Origin: Fistulifera solaris
Taxonomy: Eukaryota
DNA: 64,000 nt
Assembly (NCBI GenBank): GCA_030295235.1
Contig: AP026179.1
Coordinates: 248,001-312,000 of the forward strand
Direction of reading: 5' to 3'
Below the pieces are notes generated by a model. The model searched no databases, was not told where the DNA came from, and was given only the letters and a program-made list of their open reading frames with translations. The stretch's first letter is position 1. The number at the start of each line of letters is the position of its first letter. Below, in pieces: positions 12,967-25,262 of the stretch. Position numbers and translations under genes: made by a program.

Positions 12967-13295
12967 GGTGGCGCGAAAAACAAAAGTGACGCGTCCGCGA
13001 TCTTTTCTTGTTCTCTACAAAGTACATCATCATTCATTCGCAAAGGGGTGACAACCAGAAGAATAGATGAGTTTTCATAGCCGGCAAGAAATAGCTGCAT
13101 TCAAGAACTATTAAGACAAAAAAACCCTTATAATGAGGAGCTTGGAAAGAAACAAGTGCGTAATATGTTCTCACTCCGCTCACTCCGCACGGATCGATTG
13201 AAACCATCCTCTGGATTCTTTCGTACCTCTCTCTCTCTCTTTCTCTCATCCGCTATAGTTCGCTTTTCAGACTTCAGGAATGGTGGTTTTATGGC

Positions 13296-15172
13296 ATGGC
13301 CATATTCTTGACCCTCATCGCCGGTCAATGTACGTTGAAGGGCCTGGACGCACGACGTCACGAAGGAAAGTGTCTCCACGCCGCGATGCAACTCCAAGCG
13401 ATGCAAACGATGGAACAAATGGAATGGAAAGAAATTGCGGAACAAGTTGAGTATGTGCATCATGAATTACATCAACTGCAAGATCAAAACGAAATCCTGA
13501 TGCAAAAGGTGGATTGGGAACAAGCGCAGGCACAATATGATGCTTTGCGGGCCCAGTCGTTACAAAGTGTCGCCGAGCAGAACGAACAAAAAGCGCAGTG
13601 GATGGACCAGCAAGTGAATGCGACCGATCAGAAGCGCTTGGCGTTACTAAAAACTATACAAGAGGAAGTACAGACCGAACAAGAAAGGTTGCAACAGTTA
13701 CATGATTCTCAGTTTCGAAGCAATTTTTGTGATAGTCTGGGAATTTCACTTCTGTGTGACTGGATGGGAGATTTGACCAAATTGCAAAGAGAATCCGACG
13801 AAGCCGATGTACAGATTCATCGTGATATGGAACAACTCGACGAAATTGATCAACAAGAGTACTTACAAAGAATTATTGAACAAGCTTTTCAGCATCAAGC
13901 CCAAAAATACCAGCGTGTCGCCGATGATCTCTTGCGTACTGCCAGTCGATGGGCAGTCCAAGCCACGTTGGATCAGCACAAGCTAGATGCGCTTGTTCAA
14001 ACTACAAAGGCCCTCGAACAGGATACTTTGTCTTTGGAACAACAAATTTCCCGATATGAACATTCCGAAGTGGAAATGACAGACGCTGTAAAGCGTTTGC
14101 TCCAGGATGCTCATCAGTATGAAAAAGCGTCCGAAATGAATTTCTACACTTCGTTCATTCTCTTGGTAATTCCATTGGTTGTGTTTACGTTACGGTGCGC
14201 GGCGCAATTGGTAAACGCTGTTCATCGAGGCGTCAATTGCTTCCAACAAAAAAATCCACCACCCATGGAACTCTTTCAGGACGTTAGTCTCATTCTTCTT
14301 CATGGCCTGTTCTTTCTCGTCACCGCATTCGCATGCCGTGACTATTTGGCGAATCTAGAGCAGTACAGTACTCGGAAGCGATGTATTGTCATTCTGTACT
14401 TTGCGTGTCTCGGTTCCTTAGCGCAGAGTTTGTGGCTTCAAGTTGTTCCCCATGTGATGTACGAGCAACCCTGGAGAACGTCTCGGCCTGTTACTGCGCA
14501 AATCATTTGGAACATCGTCAAGTGCTTTTTAAAGCGGCTCATTTTACTGCTGCCTTGCTTTATTTTGGAGGTTCTTATGCTGTGTCTCAGCCCTTGCCGC
14601 CTGTCGGTTCTACATCCCAGTGACCGTATGCTTTACTCTGTGCATGCCGCTTTAGTATTGGGGCTTTTGTTCTATTTTCTTTTCCGGGGCCTCAACACAA
14701 TGAAATTTCGGAACGTGTCGATAGGGACGATCACTCCACCGTGAACCAGGATGATAGTGAGGACGAAGTGTCCGTAAAAGAACACACGCCGCTAAAGATC
14801 GCCGACACCAGCTTGACGGACACGGAACTATTTCCCGAACTGCATTTGGCTCAAATGGATGATCGCGAGGAACGCAAAGAGGTATTTTGCTATTCAGCTG
14901 ACGAGTCTTCGCCATACTCCGTTGACTTTGCAACTGGTTTGCGTCGGCTAGTTTTCCTGGCCGAAACATTTACACTGTGTTATGTGTTGGTGAATTTCAA
15001 CCTGATTGTAACGTCACTGATGCCAGCCCAAGCGCAAGCATTGCGAGTTGTCTTGTGCTGCTTCCTTGCAGGATTGGCACTCTTTTTGGCATATCAGACA
15101 CAGCGACACAGCGCCTCGTCTTTTGAATTGAGAACAGCATTTGAGTTCGGCGCCAAAAAGATTGATGTCTGA
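13296..15172 (+). CDS. Hypothetical coiled-coil plus multi-pass membrane protein (frameshift near 14720; probable upstream exon)
   Basis: The 482-aa ORF has a long Q/E/L heptad region followed by several hydrophobic segments. ORF 14741..15172 continues with two more TM segments. Confidence 0.6.
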
Positions 15173-15559
15173 TGCCTGATCCAAGGAATTTTTCACTGTA
15201 AATTGTATTTATTTAATTGATTGTACAACTTCTTTCAAAAATGTGATTCACAGTTGCTTATTCATCCCTAGCCATTTTGTGAGATGAAATCTGAAATTCT
15301 AGCCATGACGATTTAGAAGTAACGTAGCAGGTGGGAGCTTGACGAGAGATTCCCATTTGCAGGAAAAGGCCACTCTGTGCTTATTGCGTCGCGCTCATGA
15401 AATAACACATGTTGTTTCACCACAAGCCTCAAGTTGCGATCAAGCCGCTTCAGCAAGAACGATGAGCGCACACCACTCGCGTCTTTCTTTCACTGTTTCT
15501 TGGCTTCAAAGTTTTACCCTACTCCTGGTTTATTTCGCCAAAAGGTATTACGGAATAAA

Positions 15560-15920
15560 ATATGAAGACTTCGGGGTGGCGGTCATCGTTTGTTGCGACG
15601 CCTTCAGGCATCACTGACATACAAGGGCCAAATCTGCCGTTCAGAAACGCGAGATGTCACGCCTTGCAGCACATCTAGCACAAAATGTACCCCGGGCAAT
15701 GGGATTACTGGCATATATTCTGAAAGCGGGTACTGCATACACCAATCAAGTGGACCGCATCAGCTGTAAATTGCATCCTGCTTTGTCGTTTTTTGAAGCT
15801 TACAGTAGCAAACTCCCCGTTAAATGCTTTCTCTGTGCTAACTTTGGTCGCTACGGCAGACGACAACGAATCCAGGCCAAAATTCTGCTCGGGAGCTGTG
15901 GCGGAACCATTTGCTGATCC
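15560..15920 (+). pseudogene. Degenerate copy of the secreted PPC-like family
   Basis: Reads GGHRLLRRLQASLTYKGQICRSETRDVTPCSTSSTKC...WDYW...LKAGTAYTNQVDRISCKLHPALSFFE across frameshifts, matching 18620..19261 and 27475..28101, then degenerates. Confidence 0.75.
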
Positions 15921-16105
15921 CAACTGATTTTTATTCCAAGACGCTAGCCATTGTCAATTCCGCCCTGTTAACAACACTTATAAGCAACTGAGGGGCATCT
16001 GTACAAAGTGAAGATCAATCTTCGTCCGTCTTGTGTCTACACGACTTGGGTAATGGAGATCGTATGAGATTACGTAGAGTTGCATGTCTCACATCCTTTC
16101 TTCGT

Positions 16106-17806
16106 TCAAATAAGTCGAACCATGTCATGGTCACGCGTCCCACCTAGACGGCGACCAGCACCCAGATGATTCCAGGACGATGGCAACGATTCTTGCACGC
16201 TGTTTTTTTCTGCAACATCGATAGCCATAAGAATCTCTCGTGTAGGTTTCAGCACGGTCCAATTCAAGGCATAGTAAAAGATTCCTGATGGTGTCTCTTG
16301 ATACAGAAGATGCGAGTGGATCATCCACACAAGAGTGATCATCGAGACGACGGTCCGACATACCAAAGTCAAGATGGAGGGTAACATAAAACCCCAAACA
16401 GGTCGAAGCATGACCATCCAAGCACCTGCGGTCATTGCATCCGTCACGAGTATGAATAAAGCGACCACGGCATACCCGCGGGCCATTGTCGTATCGTCAG
16501 ACCGCGTAGAAAACCACCAAAGCACCAATATCAGATATTCGAGCGAAAATTTTGAAAGACCCCCACCCAGTTCTAGCAAAGAACACATCCACGCGAAACA
16601 ATGGGTCATCCCGAGGAAAATGAAATTCGAAGAGCAAAATCCACGTCGTCTCGAGAGAAATCGTGTCCGATCTTGTTGCAGACACCATAAAAAGTGCATG
16701 AAAGGTATCGAAATTGCCGGCCACCACAACGCGTCTGACAAAAGTCTCCATTGATACACAAACCCTACCACAATACCGGCCAAGTGACCCGTCCACGACG
16801 CTCGAGGTAACAACAACTGCATCATCACCAACTGAATCAAAGGCCCCGGATGAATGGAAAATCCGCCCCCAACGAAACCGCCGAAAAACATAAATCGGGT
16901 AAAAAAGAATACTGGGCAAAAACTCCCCTGCTCCATAGACAATACCACTAACCATGCAAACAGCACTCCGGAGTATCCCACCGTCGGAATGGAAGGGTGA
17001 TTACTTGAGGAAAAGCGCAACAGCCATTGTAGAATCCACCATAGGATTCCGGTAAACAGCGTCATGGAGAGACTGGTGGCGAAAAATGCCATACTTCCCA
17101 CCCTTTTGTATTCCAACGCCGTCCCCAAGGACGATAACGTCATCATATTCATCCCCAAATGCCACACATCAAAATGTGCCATCGCCCCCGTGAACCAACG
17201 CCACGGTTCATTGACTTGACCAAAAAGCAATCCGACCGCTGACGGTGATAAACGAGCATTCCAGTAAGTGAGAGCCAGTATGGTTTGTAACAACAATAAG
17301 AAGCTTGTTGCCGGGGAGTCTTTGAGATAGGAGGGTAATGAGAAAGGAATGGGAGGTGTAGTTACAAGCGTGATGCGCATCGATGCCCCACTCGAAGCAT
17401 GAATGTAGCTTCCGGAGAAACTGGACGATCTCGAGGAACAATATTCGCGTGCTTTGTATTCAGAACAAATATTATCATTCGTGTTTGATCGTCGTAATGT
17501 CATCTGTTGTTGAGTATCTCTCACCGAAGGTTGTTTCATGTAATAGTGCTCGAGAGACAGAAGATCGATCGGAGGCGCAGCCACAGGAATTAAAGTTAAC
17601 GCATCTTGTGTCGTTTTGACGCTGCTTTGAAACCATTCTGCACCAGGATTGTCACCTTGAGTCACAACCCATAAAGAAGGAGACGCGAAAGAAGAAGATG
17701 CCGCAGCAGTGAAATGCAAATAGGAAATAAGGAAGGGAAGGCCTACCGTCGCTAACAGGAGAAGACAAAAATGAAAGAAGAAAGAATGTGCTGAAGAGAT
17801 CGCCAT
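16106..17806 (-). CDS. Rhomboid-family intramembrane serine protease
   Basis: PWRWFT..AHFDVWHLGMNM, catalytic GYSG and WTGHLAG, multiple TM segments. Start position uncertain. Confidence 0.85.
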   Translation of the reverse strand: MAISSAHSFFFHFCLLLLATVGLPFLISYLHFTAAASSSFASPSLWVVTQGDNPGAEWFQSSVKTTQDALTLIPVAAPPIDLLSLEHYYMKQPSVRDTQQQMTLRRSNTNDNICSEYKAREYCSSRSSSFSGSYIHASSGASMRITLVTTPPIPFSLPSYLKDSPATSFLLLLQTILALTYWNARLSPSAVGLLFGQVNEPWRWFTGAMAHFDVWHLGMNMMTLSSLGTALEYKRVGSMAFFATSLSMTLFTGILWWILQWLLRFSSSNHPSIPTVGYSGVLFAWLVVLSMEQGSFCPVFFFTRFMFFGGFVGGGFSIHPGPLIQLVMMQLLLPRASWTGHLAGIVVGFVYQWRLLSDALWWPAISIPFMHFLWCLQQDRTRFLSRRRGFCSSNFIFLGMTHCFAWMCSLLELGGGLSKFSLEYLILVLWWFSTRSDDTTMARGYAVVALFILVTDAMTAGAWMVMLRPVWGFMLPSILTLVCRTVVSMITLVWMIHSHLLYQETPSGIFYYALNWTVLKPTREILMAIDVAEKNSVQESLPSSWNHLGAGRRLGGTRDHDMVRLI

Positions 17807-18619
17807 TATATGGTCTCTGTAATCACCATACTGTTGTGATTCCCAATGAGCTACTGTTATTAGAAAGCCATTGCTTGAATGAATGGATAATCGACATAAT
17901 CATACAACAACAATACTGGTAAGTAAGTCAATATGGCTATGAAATGCACCCTCATCATCCGTAATAGTTTACGTCACAAACATGACTGAAATCCAGTAAT
18001 GGAAATGATTGCCTCCCGACTGGATCTATCAACGGAGATTCGCAAAAGAGAAAAGAGAGACTAGCCCTTACTTTCATCATGTCCTGAAAGGAACGCCCAA
18101 GCATGACAATTAACCACGAAAACGGACAGCACTTCACGTGTGCAACCCTTAACCCGAGAGAGAAGCTTTGGGGGCAACGAAAGTGTGTAAAAAACCAATG
18201 AGGGTTACTGTGCAAAGCGCGTGCACGACTCTGCTTAGGGAAAGCACAAAAGTATGAGCGACTAGCATAAGATCCGGTTCACGTGTATAATTAAACGAAA
18301 GCATCCCGATTCCGTGACGAAAGATCCCGAGAAGGTCGCTGTCAAGGCTTCACTTGTTTGACAAAGTGGTGGCTAAGGAAACAAACATTTAACGAGCGTC
18401 AAAATTTTGATATTCTTGTATCCGCTTTCTCATCTGCTCACAAATCATCCAATCGATTTTTTTTCTCGTCGATTGATTAAAGAAACACGGTAAGCAGGGT
18501 TGGGTGATGCTGTCAAACCATGTCCAAATTGTTACCTCAACATTTAATTTCTTTCTTTTTGTTTCAGGTGCTGGATCCTACACTTACTCGTCTCCATTAT
18601 CAAGATCATCAAAGTCAGG

Positions 18620-19261
18620 ATGAAGATTGCTGGCACCCATTTCCTTCTCATTTCGTCCATTCTTTGGAAGACCAATTTTGCCACTCAAGTCGAAATCGCC
18701 CCGGAACTCATGTCATTCGAAGAAAAGCAAGTGATGATGATGAAAAGCGATAACGGTCATCGCGTGTTGCGCAAACTTCAGGATATCTTGACCTACCAAG
18801 GTCAAATCTGCGGGGCGGAGACCCCAGGCGTCATGACGTGCAATACAGCATTGACCGTTTGTCAGCCCAATCAATTCGACTACTGGCTGTTGAACTTGAG
18901 AGCTGATATTACTTACACCATTGAAGTGGATCGTGTCAGCTGCAACCTGGATCCGGCCTTGTCGTTGTTTGAAGGAGTAGGAACTACCCTCCCGACGGAA
19001 TGCTTTGGTGATAATGGAAGTCCCGAACTCACGCTGATTGCAACGGCGGATGACACGGAAGTCGTACCAGCCTACGGCAATCCAGAATCGTCGCCATTCC
19101 TTGACCCCACCATTGTTGTCACGCCAAGTACTACCGGGCCGTTTACGTTGGCGGTAGTCAACTTTGGTTCCGACACTGCTTCGTGCCGGTCCTCCGCGGG
19201 CTATCAGTACAAGATAAAGATCAATCCCCGTCCTTCGTGTATCACGCGATCTTTGCCGTGA
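18620..19261 (+). CDS. Secreted Cys-rich protein with a PPC (pre-peptidase C-terminal)-like domain, copy 1
   Basis: Signal peptide, RKL motif, and the PPC-like pattern YTIEVDR..DPALSLF..LIATADD..DP.I.....GPFTLAV. A 5'UTR intron is likely (GTAAGC 18490 to TTTCAG 18568). Confidence 0.7.
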   Translation: MKIAGTHFLLISSILWKTNFATQVEIAPELMSFEEKQVMMMKSDNGHRVLRKLQDILTYQGQICGAETPGVMTCNTALTVCQPNQFDYWLLNLRADITYTIEVDRVSCNLDPALSLFEGVGTTLPTECFGDNGSPELTLIATADDTEVVPAYGNPESSPFLDPTIVVTPSTTGPFTLAVVNFGSDTASCRSSAGYQYKIKINPRPSCITRSLP

Positions 19262-19873
19262 GTTACTTGCCACCGCAGTTTCCGGTTTGTCTAGAACGAA
19301 AGTAATTCTTGCATCAACTGTCGCCACAAATATTTGCTAGAAACATTTTTTATCCCCGTACTTTCCACCGATAATTTCAGCTATTTAGAGCTTTGTGTTG
19401 GGTAAGCAATCTTTGTTTTCTTTGTTCGGTTGACTGGAAAAAGTCTAACAAGTACCGTACCTAAAGTCATATAATTTGTTTAGCACGTACCGTCCTGGAC
19501 ACGATGATGGGCGAACGGAGGAGTTTGTACAAAGTATTCTTCCACGCTTGCCTACCGAGAAAAATAAAGATCCGGTTCACACACGGTAAAAGCCAAACAA
19601 GATGGCTTCGTGAAATTTAAGTTTTGTCATTATGTCAAGCTTATACTGAAAAGAGTGCTCACGCATACCCCGCAAGAGACTAGAAACAGCACATCGAGAT
19701 CGACTGTGTTTGCTACCACGTCTGAATTCGACCACGAGGCATCCGTCATGCAGTGTCGCAGGACACGACGAAGTTTTATTGTGTGCTGCTCAAGGAAACA
19801 TTATTGAAAAAGGGAATTTTTTACTTATTTATCCTTCTTTAAAAATGCTGCAGCAAACTACGCATCATTTGCT

Positions 19874-21122
19874 TTAGAAGCGAGCACCGGTTGGACCGAA
19901 GAGTTCGGCCGGACTGAGACGACGACGAGACTCATCGGGGTTGTCCGTCAACGCGCAGTCGTCAAAGCAATGACCTGCTCCGCAGCACGACGAGGCGCAT
20001 CTTTGCGTGGGACCGCATTCCGCATTCGAACTACAAGCAGCGACATTCACGCAATTGTTATCGCGCCAGCAAAGGGAGATCCTTCTACATCGACATCACA
20101 CACGCAGTCATACACGCCGACACGAGGATACTGCGTACAGAAAGGAGTGGGAAGCGTGCATTGCCAGTCCGAGGCAACGACTCCTCCTCCACAGGAACAA
20201 GACCCGTTGTCAACGTGAGAACAGCCGACCAAAGGATCGCAAATGTCGTCCGTGCATGGATCGTTATCATCACAAAGCAAGGGAGAACAAACCGCGCACT
20301 GCACTCCGGCGGTACCTTGACCTGGATCCGATCCGTCGGCAGTCGTACAAATCGGGTAGCCGCGCGGGCACTGTGTAATAAGAAGCAACAATCAATCAGT
20401 TTCGAAGATACATCCGTTAGTAAGTGAAGCAAAAGGCACACGGCAAAAACTTTCGACGATAGCAATCCACAACAACTTACTCCTCTATCGGCACCTAAAC
20501 GGCTCGTATCGACGCAATTCGCCACACAATTGGTGCCAAAAGTGCGCAGGGCCGGACTCTGGCCAGAGTCATTGACACAGATCGGTGCGGTGGGAGGACA
20601 ACCGTCGTCAATGTCGTTGGGATCTGTAGCAGCCGAGATTGAGTTGACACAAAGAGCGCACGCGGTTCCTTCGACGTTCGCGGCCAAAGGGCGGCTTCCA
20701 ACACAGACACGGAAGTCTTCATCGCATCCTTCATCCGGAGCAACTTGACCAGCATTGCTCGGAAAGCGCGAGTTGATGCACAAGGCACAGTGATGTCCGG
20801 CGTTGCCGTCCACTACCTGACCACCATTTGCGTACACACACGTGGGGAACGCTTCGGTGCAACCTTGATCGATCACTTCTTTCCCGAGATCGCGACATGG
20901 TGGACCTGTTTCGACGACTCCAGGACACGGACTAGTCCCAGCCGGGCACTGACCACTTCCACTTAAATTGTAGCAAACGCCACCCGGACGGGCTTGACAC
21001 TGGGTGCCGGGGCTACCGGGGCTGCAACTGCCGCATGACTGCAAGTCACGCTCTTGATGAATCTTGGCCCACGCAGTTGTCGAGAACAACAGCAGTACTG
21101 CAAAAGACGAGAGATGCGTCAT
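19874..21122 (-). CDS. Secreted Cys-rich repeat protein with a Dictyostelium CTDC-type repeat, copy 1. Intron 20371-20480; indel at 20071-20073
   Basis: Signal MTHLSSFAVLLLFSTTAWA, then ERDLQ, four DxGC....P.C-type repeats and CDDNDPCTDDICDPLVGC. The corrected C-terminus ...SRRRLSPAELFGPTGARF matches the paralog. Confidence 0.8.
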
Positions 21123-21734
21123 CTGCAACAACGGCGCTTGTGAGATTATCGCTTGACAATGGCGAGATGGGAACAAACACTGATCGCTGGGTGTCGTACC
21201 TTTGATGATTTTCAATTAGTCGGTATTCCAAAGTTAAATCGATCGATTTTATGACAAGTTTGGATCTATTTGGTTAAAAGATCTTTTCGCTTGAAATTTG
21301 CGATTTGATGCGATAATTTAAGGCTACGCAGTCTAGTCTCAAGAAGGTAGATTACCAGGTATATGATATAGTATAGTATAGTACATTAGTTTTTTTGTAC
21401 ATTACAAGTTGTTTTCAGATTCATAATACGACAAAAACGACATACGGGGTAAAATAGGTCGTCAACCGAGAGCCCAGAGGCATAAAAGATAAAAGATTGC
21501 AATCCTGCACAGGCGCTTGGCGCTTGAGCGTTTCTTGCCACTTGCCTTTAAAAACTGTTTGTTGCTTGGGCAGTGGTCAAAATATCTTGCCTTTCGACAT
21601 TATTTATTTGTTCTTCGACCTAGAAAATTAAGTAGACTCTTATCACAGTTACAATTGTCAACTTTCATAGGAGTAATTGTTTTTGTGTTAAAAAAGTTTA
21701 CGAGCTCATGAGTCACGAGCCTTGAGCCATCGTC

Positions 21735-21793
21735 CTTCATCCTTCATCCTTCAGCATCCTGCATCTGCCATCAGCCATCTGCCATCAACCATG
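21735..21793. repeat. Degenerate 7-bp tandem repeat (CCTTCAT/CATCTGC)
   Basis: ccttcat ccttcat ccttcag catcctg catctgc catcagc catctgc catcaac. Confidence 0.6.
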
Positions 21794-22304
21794 AACTGTC
21801 ACATATAGCCCAGAGCCCATATAGAGTACTTGTTAGTATTTAAAACGTAAAAGTTAAGTCGTTGTAAACTGTGAGGGAAACGTCGCACGTTATGTGTAAT
21901 TATTTTACTGATAACAGATGACAGATGATTGACGATGATTGTTTCAGATTGAATCCTGTGCCAGATAAGAAGTACTTTGTAAAAAAGTGAAGGTTGCATG
22001 CATTTTCACGCGAGCACAGTCCAAGCAAAGAAGTATATGTTACACATATACTACGTACTTCTTTGGTCCAAGCAGTCAACAAAGATCGCTGAAAGATTCA
22101 AAATCAAAGGCGTAGAAAAAGATCCTTTTACTTTTCAAAACATCACCCAAACGTTTATTTCTCAGTTATTAGCTTGACCAGGTAAATCGTTTTACAATAT
22201 CGACGTGAACATTCTCGAGGCTATCGATTTAACCATTTTTCTTTTCCACTCTTTCTCGGTTGTGTTTTGAAGCTAGTTGCTTCCTCCAATCGAAAAATCC
22301 AATC

Positions 22305-22933
22305 ATGAAGTGCTCCAGCTACGGCCCTTTTATCACCTTGTCCCTCCCTCACAACAACCGTCAGGGCTGCAATTGAGGTCCAAGCTTTCCGCGAGCCGAT
22401 GACGCTCGAAGAAAAACAGGCGCTGGTCCAAGACGATGGAAGTCGTCGTTCGATGCGGGAGCTTCAAACCGCCCTGACGTACAAGGGTGAAATCTGCAGC
22501 GCGGAAGCTCAAGGCATGATGCCTTGCAACACCTTCAACACAATATGTCAACCCGACAAGTTTGACTACTGGCTTTTTTAATTTACAAGCCGGCATTACT
22601 TACACCATCGAAGTGGATCGTATCACTTGTGGCCTGGACCCTTCCATGTCGTTGCTTGCAGGTTTCGGTACTGTACTTCCGGGTGGTTGTGACGGTAGAT
22701 CTGGCAGTGCCGAACTCGCATTTATTACTTATGCAGATGATAACGATTCATTGCCAGGGTCGTGCTCAGGAGTACCATCACCTTTTTCAGACCCCAAGTT
22801 TTCGGTTACCCCCGACACGGATGGGCCTTTCACCTTGGCCGTTTCTAACTTTGCTTCAAACATCGATTCCTGCACGGGGGCACTCGGTTATCAGTACAAG
22901 GTGATCATCAATCCTGCTCCTTCTTGCATTTAA
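22305..22933 (+). CDS. Secreted PPC-like protein, copy 2 (indels near 22345 and at T6 22574-22579)
   Basis: ORFs 22399..22581 and 22562..22933 align end to end with 27475..28101. ATG at 22305 gives a signal peptide after a 1-nt correction. Confidence 0.7.
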
Positions 22934-23618
22934 GAAGGGGCGCCTTGACTTGAGAAAGCCTTGAGGTTTGGTGCCTGCACATTACATACAATCGTCATTC
23001 ATCCCAGCTTGAAATGGTTTTAAAAAATGATAACAAGGATAATGACGGATAAGAGTAACCTTTACGAATTCACCATTTGCTATCTCCTTTGTAGACGAAT
23101 GCATCATTGCACCATTCATTATCATTATAATTGTTCTCGGTATGGTGAAAAATGTGATGGTTTCTTTTTGTCGCAAGCCTGTGACTCGTTTTATCGCGCC
23201 CGTCTCCAGGCATAATTTCGTTTACTGCATGCATCGCACGGCACCATGCGATGACTTGCTTTTAGCCGCCTGCTCTTCGTCCGTACCTGGTACGGCACAA
23301 AGAAGAAATAAATACGGACGGAGACGACGCGTTGTTATGCGTCTTTTTCGTCGTACGTCCTCTCATCAAGTACTACGTATCCCTAATTAAGTACTTTGTA
23401 GTTATGTACACAGAATGATGAGCATTATTTGAATACTAAAGCCATAGCAAGCGCAGAGATAGCAAAGGTATGTAGCCACAATGGACGATAAAGAGCCAAA
23501 AAGAAATAATTACCAACAGAAGCAAACAGCTCAAACGTAATCACGGAAGATTCATTATTTAGGCCGCATCGAAGCATCATCATTCATTTCTTGGCGATAA
23601 CATTTTTCTTTTGAGAAC

Positions 23619-24281
23619 GATGACGAGTGAATCATTGACAGCTACGACGGATGTCCCTTCACGTAATCGCCGTTCCGCTTTGTATTTACTCATAACCGTA
23701 TGCGTGTGGTCTTTCTTCTTTCTCGTGCAAGAACGAGAGAGTTTGACATTATTAGCGTCGTCCTTACAAGGACGATCTTCATCGCAACAAGTCGCAACGA
23801 GCAGAAATTATATTCGCAACATTGACGAGACTTATTACAGTTACAATAGCATTCACAGCAATGAAACAATTCACATATTATTCGGTTTAAAAGGAAAAGA
23901 TCCAGCGTTTCTAGCAGAATTTCAAGTTGCACTCAAAAATGTGTTATTGCAAGCACCGCTCGATCAACCCATGCACATTCACATTATGGCCGATGAAGAA
24001 GCCTATCAATCAATTACAGTCAAACAAAGACAAATGGAAGTCCCGAACTCACGCTGATTGCAACGGTGGATGACACGGAAGTCGCACCAGCCTACTGCAA
24101 TCCAGAATCGTCGCCATTCCTTGACCCCACCGTTGTTGTCACGCCAAGTACTACCGGGCCGTTTACGTTGGCGGTAGTCAACTTTGGTTCCGACACTGCT
24201 TCGTGCCGGGCCTCCGCGGGCTATCAGTACAAGATAAAGATCAATCCCCGTCCTTCGTGTATCACGCGATCCTTGCCGTGA
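23619..24281 (+). pseudogene. Chimeric, out-of-frame GT8(5')::PPC(3') fusion
   Basis: 23655-24033 is almost identical to 28827-29205 (GT8 5' part), and 24033-24283 is almost identical to 19013-19263 (PPC copy 1 3' part). The junction is out of frame, with a stop at 24057. Confidence 0.9.
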
Positions 24282-25262
24282 GTAAACTGATTCGTAAGTT
24301 CAACACGTGAGGTTTGATTTTCTAGAATAATGAAAGCATCGTGCATCCTCGATCAATGAACCTTTCTAAAACCTTGATGTTCATTGATAATTTTGAGAGC
24401 ATTTGAGGGTAAATAACTTCTATGTCGCTTTGTTTGTCTATAAGAAAGCCTTAGAGTTTTGGAAGCGAGGAGCAGCGAACGAAGGAAGTCCTTTCCATAC
24501 GATTGCTTGGCGCTTGTAGTAACCTAAGTAATCCTCTACTGCGAAAGCTGTTTGAGATCCGATTTAATTACACTTGCATTTGAATTTAAAAACGAATACA
24601 GTGATGTAATACAAAGTTACTTCGTGTCGACATCAGCATCATGTGGCACATTATCAAAATCAAAATTGGTCAAAACGCGACGATGTGCGATGTACTTCTT
24701 CATGCAGGCATAGCAACGATGAAAGTGCCAGGACTGTTTCTCCACCATGAATCACGAATATTTCATCATCATTGCATTTTGCGGACGCGATGATGCTTAT
24801 CAATAAGTCAGTCTACTTTGTATCTATTGCATTGGTGCTAAAAAGGATTGATGTTCAGAAAAATGCATTTCTAGTACTTGTTCTTTTTTTATTTCCTATT
24901 CCAGTTTTATTGATTCAACAATCAAAGACTAGCAGCGCACTGCACTCCAGCATTGCCTTGACCAGGATTCTTTCCGTTGGCAAGGACACAAAGAGGAAAG
25001 GTAGTGGAACACTGAATTTATTGAAGCAACAATTAAATCAATGAGTCAGTCGGTGAGATGATGAAACATTTCAAATACTCGGTGATAATACAACACAAAA
25101 ACTTACGCCTCGGTCAGTACCGCTACCGATACGTTTCGTATTAACGCATTTCGCCACACACGTTGTACCAGACATACACCCGTTTCTCTCTACGAAAGCA
25201 ATGTTTATCATGAGAAGCTTACTTGTTTAGTTTTCTCTTATATAAACTACGTTTGATTCGCT

